Shown piece after piece: positions 1-8,889 of a stretch of DNA of 17,850 bases. The notes under the pieces were generated by a model, which had not been told where the DNA came from, did no database searches, and saw only the letters and a program-made list of their open reading frames with translations. This DNA comes from a virus, in the UHGV virus genome UHGV-0200089. One strand, given 5' to 3'. Made by a program: the position numbers and the translations under genes. The number at the start of each line of letters is the position of its first letter. Position 1 is the stretch's first letter.

Positions 1-1124
1 TCGCCGCTAAAGTGTCCATCGACACCTCTTCTCTGCAGTATGAGAACGATGACCTGATGCGTCCGGACTTCAACAACGATGACTACGCTATTGCTTGCTG
101 CGTAAGCCCGATGATCGTTGGTAAACAAATGCAGTTCTTCGGTGCGCGTGCAAACCTGGCGAAAACCATGCTGTACGCAATCAACGGCGGCGTTGACGAA
201 AAACTGAAAATGCAGGTTGGTCCGAAGTCTGAACCGATCAAAGGCGATGTCCTGAACTATGATGAAGTGATGGAGCGCATGGATCACTTCATGGACTGGC
301 TGGCTAAACAGTACATCACTGCACTGAACATCATCCACTACATGCACGACAAGTACAGCTACGAAGCCTCTCTGATGGCGCTGCACGACCGTGACGTTAT
401 CCGCACCATGGCGTGTGGTATCGCTGGTCTGTCCGTTGCTGCTGACTCCCTGTCTGCAATCAAATATGCGAAAGTTAAACCGATTCGTGACGAAGACGGT
501 CTGGCTATCGACTTCGAAATCGAAGGCGAATACCCGCAGTTTGGTAACAATGATCCGCGTGTAGATGACTTGGCTGTTGACCTGGTAGAACGTTTCATGA
601 AGAAAATTCAGAAACTGCACACCTACCGTGACGCTATCCCGACTCAGTCTGTTCTGACCATCACTTCTAACGTTGTGTATGGTAAGAAAACGGGTAACAC
701 CCCAGACGGTCGTCGTGCTGGCGCGCCGTTCGGACCGGGTGCTAACCCGATGCACGGTCGTGACCAGAAAGGTGCAGTAGCCTCTCTGACTTCCGTTGCT
801 AAACTGCCGTTTGCTTACGCTAAAGATGGTATCTCCTACACCTTCTCTATCGTTCCGAACGCACTGGGTAAAGACGACGAAGTTCGTAAGACCAACCTGG
901 CTGGTCTGATGGATGGTTACTTCCACCACGAAGCATCCATCGAAGGTGGTCAGCACCTGAACGTTAACGTGATGAACCGTGAAATGCTGCTCGACGCGAT
1001 GGAAAACCCGGAAAAATATCCGCAGCTGACCATCCGTGTATCTGGCTACGCAGTACGTTTCAACTCGCTGACTAAAGAACAGCAGCAGGACGTTATTACT
1101 CGTACCTTCACTCAATCTATGTAA
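1..1124 (+). CDS. pflB: Formate C-acetyltransferase (pyruvate formate-lyase), 5'-partial, C-terminal ~370 aa
   Basis: Open frame runs from the window edge to TAA at 1122-1124. The translation contains the active-site pair 'IACCVSPM' and the glycyl-radical motif 'RVSGYAV' near the C-terminus, and matches E. coli PflB as recalled. A hairpin terminator follows. Confidence 0.96.
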   Translation, partial: AAKVSIDTSSLQYENDDLMRPDFNNDDYAIACCVSPMIVGKQMQFFGARANLAKTMLYAINGGVDEKLKMQVGPKSEPIKGDVLNYDEVMERMDHFMDWLAKQYITALNIIHYMHDKYSYEASLMALHDRDVIRTMACGIAGLSVAADSLSAIKYAKVKPIRDEDGLAIDFEIEGEYPQFGNNDPRVDDLAVDLVERFMKKIQKLHTYRDAIPTQSVLTITSNVVYGKKTGNTPDGRRAGAPFGPGANPMHGRDQKGAVASLTSVAKLPFAYAKDGISYTFSIVPNALGKDDEVRKTNLAGLMDGYFHHEASIEGGQHLNVNVMNREMLLDAMENPEKYPQLTIRVSGYAVRFNSLTKEQQQDVITRTFTQSM

Positions 1125-1166
1125 TTAGATTTGACTGAAATCGTACAGTAAAAAGCGTACAATAAA

Positions 1167-1192
1167 GGCTCCACGAAAGTGGGGCCTTTTTT
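1167..1192 (+). terminator. Rho-independent terminator downstream of pflB
   Basis: Stem GGCTCCAC / GTGGGGCC (one G-U pair) with GAAA loop, followed by TTTTTT. Confidence 0.7.
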
Positions 1193-1317
1193 AGCGCGAG
1201 AGCCTTTTTTGTCAGCTATCTATACTTTAAGGTGACTGCCAAAACAGACTCGACGTAGCCTTCGAGCTGCGCACCAACACGGCCTCAGATGGGCCACATC
1301 TGGAGAAACACCGCAAT

Positions 1318-1330
1318 GTCAGTTATTGGT
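1318..1330. repeat. attL core, direct repeat GTCAGTTATTGGT
   Basis: Identical 13-mer at 16868-16880. Here it is preceded by the native pflA RBS GGAGA and ATG (1316-1318) and followed by phage-type sequence. Confidence 0.8.
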
Positions 1331-1405
1331 GACATTTTTTGACATCTAATTGCATGAAATAAAAGGATTTATTTCTGGTCACGTCCACACATTGACCACA
1401 TCGAC

Positions 1406-1430
1406 AAAAAAAGCCCCTCAACTGAGGGGC
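1406..1430 (-). terminator. Rho-independent terminator downstream of ogr
   Basis: Stem GCCCCTC / GAGGGGC with a short loop; on the minus strand it is followed by a 7-nt T tract (A7 at 1406-1412 on plus). Confidence 0.65.
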
Positions 1431-1443
1431 TTTCTGTTTGTAA

Positions 1444-1662
1444 TTACATCCACATAATTTGCTGCCCTGACGGCAACGGGTGCGGCCTTACGGCGTGGAC
1501 TTCTCCCGGCTTCACGATGTATCTCTGTACCGACTCATAGGTGATGAACGTGGCGCTGCAATTCACGTTCTGACACTGGTGATAACGCTCTTTTGTCGTG
1601 TCAGTGATATAGCGACTTGTACGCGCATGTGCGGCATGCTGGCATAAAGGACAATGAAACAT
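1444..1662 (-). CDS. ogr: Ogr-type zinc-finger late-gene transcription activator (72 aa)
   Basis: Internal ATG at 1662-1660 gives MFHCPLCQHAAHARTSRYITDTTKERYHQCQNVNCSATF..., with CxxC...CxxxxC zinc-finger spacing, matching P2 Ogr as recalled. The 28-aa N-terminal extension in the ORF track is judged spurious. Confidence 0.88.
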   Translation of the reverse strand: MFHCPLCQHAAHARTSRYITDTTKERYHQCQNVNCSATFITYESVQRYIVKPGEVHAVRPHPLPSGQQIMWM

Positions 1663-1742
1663 CGCGAGCACCTCTTCCGGTTTTGTTGATGGTGCCATTT
1701 TAGTTAATTTATCCTTATAAAACAAACAGATAAAATAAAACA

Positions 1743-2906
1743 TCACTCATCATCTTCTGTTTCGTACTCCACATCAGAAAGCCTGACCTCAAGCTCCAAG
1801 GACGTCGTGAAGCCGCTATTATTCAGAAAATGTGTCACCTTAGTGATTGTCCAGTCCTGCTCGTCTATGACGCGCTTAAAGCCTGACACTTTGACCGGCG
1901 TTTCCGTGTAAATATCTGCCCGACCAGTGGCAAGGCTGATGGAGAACTCCGCAACGCCCCGTTGCAGTTTGTCCCACTTCGCCTGAGCGGCGCGCATGGC
2001 CTGCGCTTTCGTGGCATATACCGTGGTCAGGGCAAAAACGTTGTCAGCCTCACCGGCCATGTATTCACCTTCGCGCGCTTCCGGTACTTTTGGCTCTTTC
2101 TTCTGCGTGACCGGTTTCGCTTTCGGGTGCTCCAGTGCGCGCAGGTGTTTCTCTTTCTTTTTGCGTTTCAGTTTTACCTTCTGCTTTTGCGGCTTCGGGT
2201 CTTTGGTGTGTAACCACTTTGCCGTAACGCCGGTATAGGCTCCACGGTCAGCAATCGCAAAATGATGACGGTCGCCGTCGCTGCGGGTGATGGTGACCTG
2301 CGGGATTTTTTTACCGCTGGCCGTCACCCCCTGCCCCGCTTTGAGAAACAACAGTTTTCCCATTTTTACCGACACCTCACCGCCGTTGCGTTCTGCAAGA
2401 CGGGTCAGGAATTTCGCATCAGACTCCTGCGACTGGTCGATGTGCGGGATTTTAATTCCGGCCAGTGACGGAGCGACACTGGCCTCCAGCCTGTTACGGG
2501 TGGCTATCGCCTCAACAATCGCACCGAGCGTGGTGTCATGCCAGGAGCCTTCCCGGCGGGAATTGAGCGTCCCGCGGAAATCTGCACTCCGGGCGCGGAT
2601 GGTGACCACATCCGGTGCGCCCCGGTGTTCAACCTCATCAACGGTAAATTTCCCTTTGCATACCAGGGCAAAACCTTTCCAGCCGATATACACCGTCAGG
2701 ACAGCGCCACGAATCGGTAGCCCGACCTGCCCGTCGGCGTCGTTCAGTTCAATATCAAGCTGGTCAGCCTCAAAGCCCCGGTTATCCGTCAGGGTCATGC
2801 TCATCAGACGGTCGCTGATATTGCCGGTAATATCCCTGCTGTCGAGCATCAGCATGTAATCCGGCGTCAGCGTACTGCCTGCATCAAATGTCAGTGCATC
2901 CAGCAT
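1743..2906 (-). CDS. D: P2 gpD-like tail protein (387 aa)
   Basis: Full-length ORF with near-identity to P2 D as recalled (MLDALTFDAGSTLTPDYMLMLDSRDITGNISDRLMSMTLTDNRGFEADQLDIELND...). Its ATG overlaps the U stop as TAATG. Confidence 0.92.
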   Translation of the reverse strand: MLDALTFDAGSTLTPDYMLMLDSRDITGNISDRLMSMTLTDNRGFEADQLDIELNDADGQVGLPIRGAVLTVYIGWKGFALVCKGKFTVDEVEHRGAPDVVTIRARSADFRGTLNSRREGSWHDTTLGAIVEAIATRNRLEASVAPSLAGIKIPHIDQSQESDAKFLTRLAERNGGEVSVKMGKLLFLKAGQGVTASGKKIPQVTITRSDGDRHHFAIADRGAYTGVTAKWLHTKDPKPQKQKVKLKRKKKEKHLRALEHPKAKPVTQKKEPKVPEAREGEYMAGEADNVFALTTVYATKAQAMRAAQAKWDKLQRGVAEFSISLATGRADIYTETPVKVSGFKRVIDEQDWTITKVTHFLNNSGFTTSLELEVRLSDVEYETEDDE

Positions 2907-3385
2907 TATCCCGCCCCCGTCATACCCGTGAATCTGGTCGCCATACTGCCAGCCTTACCGATAAGCGATTCCGCCTGTTTACCGATATCGCCATAAAGCG
3001 CGGCCAGTGATTCATCAACGCGGGTGAGTGACAGCGTAAAATCAATTTTTCGGGGTGTGCCGTCTGCAAAGAAAATACTCCCTGTTTCATTCACCCTGCT
3101 GATGACATACATGCCGTAAATCATGCCGGTGCCATCCAGCAACGGCCACGCCCGGCCTTCCTCTGCCATCAGCCTGAGCGTGGTCATCGTCAGCTTGCCG
3201 CCGGTCAGTTCGGGATAAAGCACGCCGGCAAGCGTGATGTTTTCCTCACCCACACCGAGAAACTGAAAGGCATCCCGTTTACCGATACGGGAATTTGACG
3301 GCCAGCGATAATCTGATTCACGCTGCATGGTCTGGTGTGGCAGCGTCTGGCGCATAAAAACAAACATACCTAACGCGAGCATCAT
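2906..3385 (-). CDS. U: P2 gpU-like tail protein (159 aa)
   Basis: ORF beginning MMLALGMFVFMRQ..., lying between the T remnant and D as in P2. AGGAGG RBS (complement of 3394-3399) sits upstream of the ATG. Confidence 0.88.
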   Translation of the reverse strand: MMLALGMFVFMRQTLPHQTMQRESDYRWPSNSRIGKRDAFQFLGVGEENITLAGVLYPELTGGKLTMTTLRLMAEEGRAWPLLDGTGMIYGMYVISRVNETGSIFFADGTPRKIDFTLSLTRVDESLAALYGDIGKQAESLIGKAGSMATRFTGMTGAG

Positions 3386-3399
3386 TTTTCGTCACCTCC

Positions 3400-3681
3400 T
3401 TAACCGTCATGCATCATGCTGGCACGAGCGCGCGCACGTTTATCCCGCTCGTATTTTTCGAGCGCATCCTGTAACTGGCGGTCAAGCTGTGTCCCCGGCG
3501 CAGTACCACCCGTCAGGCTGATGTGATATTCGTTTTTACTCTGGTCCACATAAGAGCGGCCAGCCGGTGCCGTGACCGGCTGATAAGCCTGATAGCCTGC
3601 ATAAGAGCTGGTCGCCGGAATATAACCACCGGTGCCATACGTGGCGGCATGAGTTCTGGCGGCGGTCTGGTCAAGTGTGTC
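3400..3681 (-). pseudogene. T: C-terminal remnant of P2 gpT-like tail tape-measure gene (about 93 codons; upper boundary approximate)
   Basis: The frame ends in TAA at 3402-3400 just upstream of the U RBS, in the position T occupies in P2. The protein-like tail is ...YGTGGYIPATSSYAGYQAYQPVTAPAGRSYVDQSKNEYHISLTGG...EKYERDKRARARASMMHDG. Upstream of ~3690 the same frame reads antisense through the P remnant. Confidence 0.5.
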
Positions 3682-3684
3682 TGA

Positions 3685-3996
3685 CTCTTTGTTGATGACC
3701 CCGAGCTTTTCCAGTACACGCCGGAAATGAAAACCGCAATGGTGCTCAAGGCAAAAGACGTTATTCGCCGTGGCTGTCTGGAATATGACGTCAGCGCCAC
3801 CGACATCACCAGCTCGTTTATGGCTATCCGCAAGACCATGACCAGCAGCGGACGCAGCGCCACCTATGAGGCCAGCCGCAGCGAGGAAGCCAGCCACGCC
3901 GACCTCGCCTGGGCGACCATGCACGCTCTGTTAAATGAGCCACTCACCGCCGGTATCAGCACCCCGCTGACATCCACCATTCTGGAGTTTTACTGA
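3685..3996 (+). pseudogene. P: C-terminal remnant of P2 gpP-like terminase large subunit (5' boundary approximate)
   Basis: The frame opens after TGA at 3682-3684 and ends in TGA at 3994-3996, overlapping the Q start as TGATG, which is the P-then-Q arrangement of P2. Only ~100 codons remain, against ~590 for a full-length P. Confidence 0.5.
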
Positions 3997-5030
3997 TGAG
4001 CAAGAAAAAAGGGAAAACACCGCAACCTGCGGCAAAAACAATGACCGCCAGCGCCCCGAAAATGGAGGCATTCACCTTTGGTGATCCGGTGCCGGTACTC
4101 GACCGCCGTGACATTCTGGATTATGTCGAGTGCATCAGTAACGGCAGATGGTATGAGCCACCAGTCAGCTTTACCGGTCTGGCAAAAAGCCTGCGTGCTG
4201 CCGTGCATCACAGCTCACCGATTTACGTCAAACGCAATATTCTGGCCTCGACATTTATCCCGCATCCGTGGCTTTCCCAGCAGGATTTCAGCCGCTTTGT
4301 GCTGGATTTTCTGGTGTTCGGTAATGCGTTTCTGGAAAAGCGTTACAGCCCCACCGGTAAGGTCATCAGACTGGAAACCTCACCGGCAAAATATACCCGC
4401 CGTGGCGTGGAGGAGGATGTTTACTGGTGGGTGCCGTCCTTCAACGAGCCGACAGCCTTCGCGCCCGGTTCCGTGTTTCACCTGCTGGAGCCCGATATTA
4501 ATCAGGAGCTGTACGGCCTGCCGGAATATCTCAGCGCCCTTAACTCTGCCTGGCTGAATGAGTCGGCCACGCTGTTCCGCCGCAAGTATTACGAAAACGG
4601 CGCACATGCCGGATACATCATGTACGTTACCGATGCCGTGCAGGATCGCAACGATATCGAAATGCTTCGCGAAAACATGGTTAAGTCGAAAGGCCGCAAT
4701 AACTTTAAAAATCTGTTTCTCTATGCCCCACAGGGGAAAGCCGACGGCATTAAAATTATCCCGCTCAGTGAAGTGGCAACGAAGGACGATTTTTTTAATA
4801 TCAAAAAAGCCAGCGCCGCTGACCTGCTGGACGCGCATCGCATCCCCTTTCAGTTGATGGGGGGCAAGCCGGAGAACGTCGGGTCGCTGGGTGATATTGA
4901 GAAAGTGGCAAAGGTCTTTGTCCGCAATGAGCTTATCCCGTTACAGGACAGGATCCGCGAGATAAACGGCTGGCTCGGTCAGGAGGTCATCCGATTTAAA
5001 AACTACTCACTGGACACTGACAACGGCTGA
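3996..5030 (+). CDS. Q: P2 gpQ-like capsid portal protein (344 aa)
   Basis: Near-identity to P2 Q as recalled (MSKKKGKTPQPAAKTMTAS...AFTFGDPVPVLDRRDILDYVECISNGRWYEPPVSFTGLAKSLRAAVHHSSPIYVKRN...). GGAG RBS at 3984-3987; followed by a terminator and cos. Confidence 0.92.
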   Translation: MSKKKGKTPQPAAKTMTASAPKMEAFTFGDPVPVLDRRDILDYVECISNGRWYEPPVSFTGLAKSLRAAVHHSSPIYVKRNILASTFIPHPWLSQQDFSRFVLDFLVFGNAFLEKRYSPTGKVIRLETSPAKYTRRGVEEDVYWWVPSFNEPTAFAPGSVFHLLEPDINQELYGLPEYLSALNSAWLNESATLFRRKYYENGAHAGYIMYVTDAVQDRNDIEMLRENMVKSKGRNNFKNLFLYAPQGKADGIKIIPLSEVATKDDFFNIKKASAADLLDAHRIPFQLMGGKPENVGSLGDIEKVAKVFVRNELIPLQDRIREINGWLGQEVIRFKNYSLDTDNG

Positions 5031-5033
5031 ACA

Positions 5034-5055
5034 TCGCCGCCTGCGGGCGGCTTTT
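5034..5055 (+). terminator. Rho-independent terminator after Q
   Basis: GCCGCC / GGCGGC 6-bp GC stem with TGCG loop, followed by CTTTTTT. Confidence 0.7.
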
Positions 5056-5199
5056 TTACACCCCGTCATCACCCCCTCACACGCTCACCACCGCACAAAA
5101 CACCCCGCAGACACACCAACGCCTCAACGGGCAGACTAAGCGCCGTCACGACGCGCTCAGACGCTGAAAAAATAAAATCCGCACCACCGCCAGCGCGCA

Positions 5200-5218
5200 G
5201 TGCTTTCCCCGCCTCGCC
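5200..5218. other. cos: P2-type cos site (19-nt cohesive-end sequence)
   Basis: GTGCTTTCCCCGCCTCGCC is the reverse complement of GGCGAGGCGGGGAAAGCAC, the P2 cohesive end as recalled. It lies in a C-rich tract directly after Q, where cos sits in P2. Confidence 0.65.
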
Positions 5219-5459
5219 CGCCCGCTTCATGGGGAGGTTTTAATGCAAACGCATCAGGAAGGGCAGACCTAGTCACATGTAGAATACGATAGCAATAAAA
5301 AAGTCTAATTAGAATGCAAATTGATGCAACTCTATGCCCTCCAAGAACTCCAAACCTGAAAGATTTATGTAAAACATAGTGTTCGTTTCACCAAAATACA
5401 TATAAACTACATTAAAATAGAAATTTGTCTCACCTATAAGCCATTTAGACAACAGATTA

Positions 5460-6623
5460 ATGAGGTTTGTATCACAAATGACCACAAACGAGATACTTTC
5501 GCAGCTTATCAGTCTTGGACTCAAAGGGGATAAAGTTGCTTTTGTTCGGCAGGCTTCGAAACTCGCGCGTTCCTATGATTCTATGGGGCTGCCTGAGCTT
5601 GCTTCAGCCATTAGAGGTAGTATTCAAGATAAAAACACGTTTAACTTGCAGAAAGTATCACGCAGTACATCACCTATTTTTGAACGTCTTGATACATTAC
5701 CTGTAGATAAAGAAACTAAATTTGATTTAGCAGACGTAACTCAACCGTCTTCTGAAATTCAACTCCCATTGTTGAAAGATAGCACTCTGAAAAAAATTAA
5801 AGAATTTTTGACTTTCACTGAACGAGCTAAAGAATTAAAGGATGCCGGTCTTGGCGTGACATCCTCTATGATTTTATATGGGCCACCAGGTTGTGGTAAA
5901 ACCTTGACATCAAAATATATTGCATCCTGTCTAAATTTACCGCTTCTTACTGCAAGATGTGACTCCTTAGTCTCATCATATCTGGGGTCTACTTCTAAAA
6001 ATATCAGGCAGCTATTTGAGTATGCAAGTAAAGCACCATGTGTTTTATTTCTAGATGAACTAGATTCTCTAGCAAAGGCTAGAGATGATCAGCATGAGTT
6101 AGGTGAACTGAAGAGGGTGGTGGTTTCTTTATTGCAAAATATTGACAATCTACCTGAAGAAACAATATTGATTGCTGCAAGTAATCATGAAAATCTTCTA
6201 GATAGCGCAGTTTGGAGGCGCTTTGAGTATAGAATATCTATTGGATTGCCTGATTTTGAAGTCAGAAAACAACTATTTGAACAATATTCAAACATAAAAG
6301 CTACATATGACGATTTTGTTGATGACCTTGCGGAAATATCATCAGGGCTAAACTGCTCATTTATAGAACAATGCTGCTTAAGATCTGAGCGACATGCTCT
6401 GGTTTACAATAATAAACAAATCGATACCCGATTTTTAGTCGAGGCTATCTTAGAAGCGAAGGGAGTTACATTTGATGAAGAAGATAATTTACTTATAAAG
6501 ATTGTGACCACTCTCAGAGAATACAATCCCAAAAGATTTACAATACGAAAGATAGCAAAAATACTAGGGCTTTCAAATGCTAAAGTGTCAAGGCTAACTA
6601 AGAACTATAGAGAGATATTATGA
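5460..6623 (+). CDS. AAA+ ATPase with C-terminal HTH-like segment (387 aa); cargo gene 1 of an IetAS-like pair
   Basis: Walker A 'GPPGCGKT', Walker B 'VLFLDELD', and a sensor/arginine region 'SNHENLLDSAVWRRFEYRISIGLPD'. The C-terminal 'FTIRKIAKILGLSNAKVSRLTKNY' looks like a helix-turn-helix. The stop overlaps the next gene's start as ATGA. Start could instead be ATG 5478, which has a GAGG ~12 nt upstream. Confidence 0.85.
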   Translation: MRFVSQMTTNEILSQLISLGLKGDKVAFVRQASKLARSYDSMGLPELASAIRGSIQDKNTFNLQKVSRSTSPIFERLDTLPVDKETKFDLADVTQPSSEIQLPLLKDSTLKKIKEFLTFTERAKELKDAGLGVTSSMILYGPPGCGKTLTSKYIASCLNLPLLTARCDSLVSSYLGSTSKNIRQLFEYASKAPCVLFLDELDSLAKARDDQHELGELKRVVVSLLQNIDNLPEETILIAASNHENLLDSAVWRRFEYRISIGLPDFEVRKQLFEQYSNIKATYDDFVDDLAEISSGLNCSFIEQCCLRSERHALVYNNKQIDTRFLVEAILEAKGVTFDEEDNLLIKIVTTLREYNPKRFTIRKIAKILGLSNAKVSRLTKNYREIL

Positions 6624-8884
6624 GTAACAAAGAAAGACCAATAAAAATAATTGAGGCGACACCTCAAGATTTTACTGAAAAAACATATAATTTCGGAAAG
6701 AAACAACCTATCCGAACAGTAACAACTAGTCTAAAAAATAGACTCAAACAAGAAGTCGATGACGTTAAAAATTTTTTCCAGAGCTCATTTAAAAAATGGC
6801 CCAATATACCGGCGGTGGCTAGAGTTACTCTTCATGAAAAAGCTCTTGCTAAGTCACATCGCCCATCAAGCCTATTAGGTGATAATACATGTCCCGTAAT
6901 AGGCAGTGATAATTTTGGAGAATTACTTATAAGTGTTACTGAAAAAGGGTTAGCACAACTTCGCAAAAAAATTGAAAATAGCACTAATTCTCATAATGGG
7001 ACAGTACATATTGCTGTAATTGAAAAGATCGAACCTTTTAGTCTTAACCATGATGTTATAGATAAAAATAAATCAGATAGTTTTCTTCTGAAACTCTTTG
7101 ACCATAAAGATAGAACAACTAACCGCAGTATCGACAAAGAATTAATGGAATTTGCAGATGAACTAGGAATACAAAAACCCAAAAAGTATGATATCAGTTC
7201 AGATTTGAGTATATATGAAGTAAAAGGGAATGATAACATCGCCCAACTGGCAAGTTTTATTGGCATACGAAAATTAGAACCTATGCCAACATTTGGTCTT
7301 ACTCATACAGTATCGCAATATATTCCTGCTGAAACTCTAGACCTAGATGATTTTCCCTTACCTCAAGAGGATAAACATTATCCACTACTCGGAATTATAG
7401 ATAGCGGAGTCGATCCCAATAACAACATACTTAGGCCATGGATTTGGGATAGTTTAGATTTAGTAAAAGGAGAACACGACTATTCTCATGGGAACATGGT
7501 TGCAAGTTTAGCAATTAATGGAAGATGGTTGAATAACTATGCTGGTTTTCCTCAATGCCAAGCTGAAATTGTTGATGTTGCAGCCTTTCCCAAAGATGGT
7601 ACGCTCAAATTGCCACAATTAATGAAAGCTATCCGAGAGGCTGTGACCACCTATCCAGAAGTACGTGTATGGAATCTGTCATTAGGTTGTCAATCCCCAT
7701 GTTCTGAAGACAGCTTCTCTGAATTGGGGCATTTTTTAAATGCACTTCATGATGAGCATGATTGTCTTTTCGTCGTAGCATCCGGCAACTACATTTATGA
7801 TCCTCAACGAACCTGGCCTCCTCAAGAATTAGGTGGGCATGACAGAATATCAGCCCCCGCAGATTCTGTTCGTTCATTAACTGTTGGCTCAGTTGCCCAT
7901 TTAGAATCGTCTGACTCTGTGGTCAAAAGATTTGAACCTTCATCTTTTTCTAGAAGAGGTCCCGGCCCAGCCTTTATACCCAAACCAGAGATAAATCACT
8001 TTGGAGGTAATTGTGACAGTAAATTAAACTGTGAACATACCGGAATCATAGCTATTGGCGAGGACAATGCTCTTTGCGAAAGTATTGGCACAAGTTTATC
8101 AGCACCGTTAATCTCAAGTTTAGCGGCATCACTGTGGCATGAACTAGATGTTAATGGTTCTATTTCACCATCGCCTGAACGTATCAAGGCACTATTAATT
8201 CATTCTGCGTTAAAAAACTCACCAGCCAAAACGGAGCATTATGCGTTTAATTATCAAGGATTTGGACGCCCAAGCGATCATATAAATGATATTATTGGTT
8301 GCAATAAAAATGAGATTACATTTCTATTTGAAATAGATACCCGAGAAGGTATTGAATTCAGTAGAACGCCATTTGTAATACCACAGTCATTACGTACTGA
8401 GGATGGAAAATTCACAGGTGAAATTATTATGACACTCGTTTATTCTCCACCGCTTGATTATGACTACCCATCTGAATATTGCCGTTCTAATGTGGATGTG
8501 TCATTCGGGACTTACACTTATGATCCAGTTAACGCTAAATGGATACATAGCGGAAAAATTCCACAAATAAAAGAAAAGAGTGAATTATTTGAAAAGGTAC
8601 TGATAGAAAATGGCTTCAAATGGTCTCCAGTCAAAGTTTATAGAAAACAATTTCCGCAAGGTATAAATGGGGAGCAATGGAGACTTAAACTTGATGTTCA
8701 GAGACGAGCAGAGCAAGAGCCTCTATCTTCACCTCAACGTGCTGTATTGGCTATTACGTTAAGATCTCTTGCCAATTCTACTACAGTCTACAACGAAGCC
8801 GAGGTTGAAATAAATAATCTTGGTTGGAAAGAAACTGATATTGTTGTTCGTGAACAACCAAAAATCAGGATTCGTCAAAAATAA
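6620..8884 (+). CDS. Subtilisin-like (S8) serine peptidase with N- and C-terminal extra domains (754 aa); cargo gene 2
   Basis: S8 catalytic motifs in canonical order: Asp 'LLGIIDSGVD', His 'DYSHGNMVASLA', oxyanion Asn 'FVVASGNY', Ser 'GTSLSAPLISS'. AT-rich coding sequence; translationally coupled to the ATPase. Confidence 0.85.
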   Translation: MSNKERPIKIIEATPQDFTEKTYNFGKKQPIRTVTTSLKNRLKQEVDDVKNFFQSSFKKWPNIPAVARVTLHEKALAKSHRPSSLLGDNTCPVIGSDNFGELLISVTEKGLAQLRKKIENSTNSHNGTVHIAVIEKIEPFSLNHDVIDKNKSDSFLLKLFDHKDRTTNRSIDKELMEFADELGIQKPKKYDISSDLSIYEVKGNDNIAQLASFIGIRKLEPMPTFGLTHTVSQYIPAETLDLDDFPLPQEDKHYPLLGIIDSGVDPNNNILRPWIWDSLDLVKGEHDYSHGNMVASLAINGRWLNNYAGFPQCQAEIVDVAAFPKDGTLKLPQLMKAIREAVTTYPEVRVWNLSLGCQSPCSEDSFSELGHFLNALHDEHDCLFVVASGNYIYDPQRTWPPQELGGHDRISAPADSVRSLTVGSVAHLESSDSVVKRFEPSSFSRRGPGPAFIPKPEINHFGGNCDSKLNCEHTGIIAIGEDNALCESIGTSLSAPLISSLAASLWHELDVNGSISPSPERIKALLIHSALKNSPAKTEHYAFNYQGFGRPSDHINDIIGCNKNEITFLFEIDTREGIEFSRTPFVIPQSLRTEDGKFTGEIIMTLVYSPPLDYDYPSEYCRSNVDVSFGTYTYDPVNAKWIHSGKIPQIKEKSELFEKVLIENGFKWSPVKVYRKQFPQGINGEQWRLKLDVQRRAEQEPLSSPQRAVLAITLRSLANSTTVYNEAEVEINNLGWKETDIVVREQPKIRIRQK

Positions 8885-8889
8885 GCATT

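Noticed and set aside
359-598. Minus-strand 79-aa ORF inside pflB
   Set aside because: Antisense to highly conserved pflB coding sequence; Ser/Arg-rich shadow frame.
1663-1746. 28-codon N-terminal extension of ogr (MMFYFICLFYKDKLTK...)
   Set aside because: The extension overlaps the end of D. The recalled Ogr protein begins at MFHCPLC (ATG 1662-1660), leaving an ~80-nt promoter-bearing spacer after D.
1962-2859. Five plus-strand ORFs (1962-2213, 1996-2238, 2262-2468, 2287-2859, 2538-2720) inside gene D
   Set aside because: They are antisense to a well-supported, full-length gpD coding sequence. The translations are low-complexity (Ser/Arg/Phe-rich) with no RBS or coupling signals, as expected for shadow ORFs in GC-rich coding DNA.
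3327-3924. ORFs 3327-3521 (+), 3513-3863 (-), and the N-terminal two-thirds of 3400-3924 (-)
   Set aside because: These frames cross the T'/'P deletion junction or run antisense to the P remnant. Only the C-terminal ~93 codons of the 3400-3924 frame look like real (T-derived) coding sequence.
3990-4857. ORFs 3990-4211 (-), 4078-4557 (+), 4380-4838 (-), 4558-4857 (+) overlapping Q
   Set aside because: Alternative-frame or antisense to the full-length portal gene; no independent support.
5309-5706. ORF 5309-5524 (-) and ORF 5515-5706 (+) near the ATPase gene start
   Set aside because: The first lies in the AT-rich promoter region and overlaps the ATPase start on the opposite strand. The second is an alternative frame inside the ATPase gene. 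Both are low-complexity.
6991-8187. Minus-strand ORFs 6991-7266, 7629-7877, 7996-8187 inside the S8 peptidase gene
   Set aside because: Antisense to a gene with intact catalytic motifs; in AT-rich sequence, chance antisense ORFs are common.
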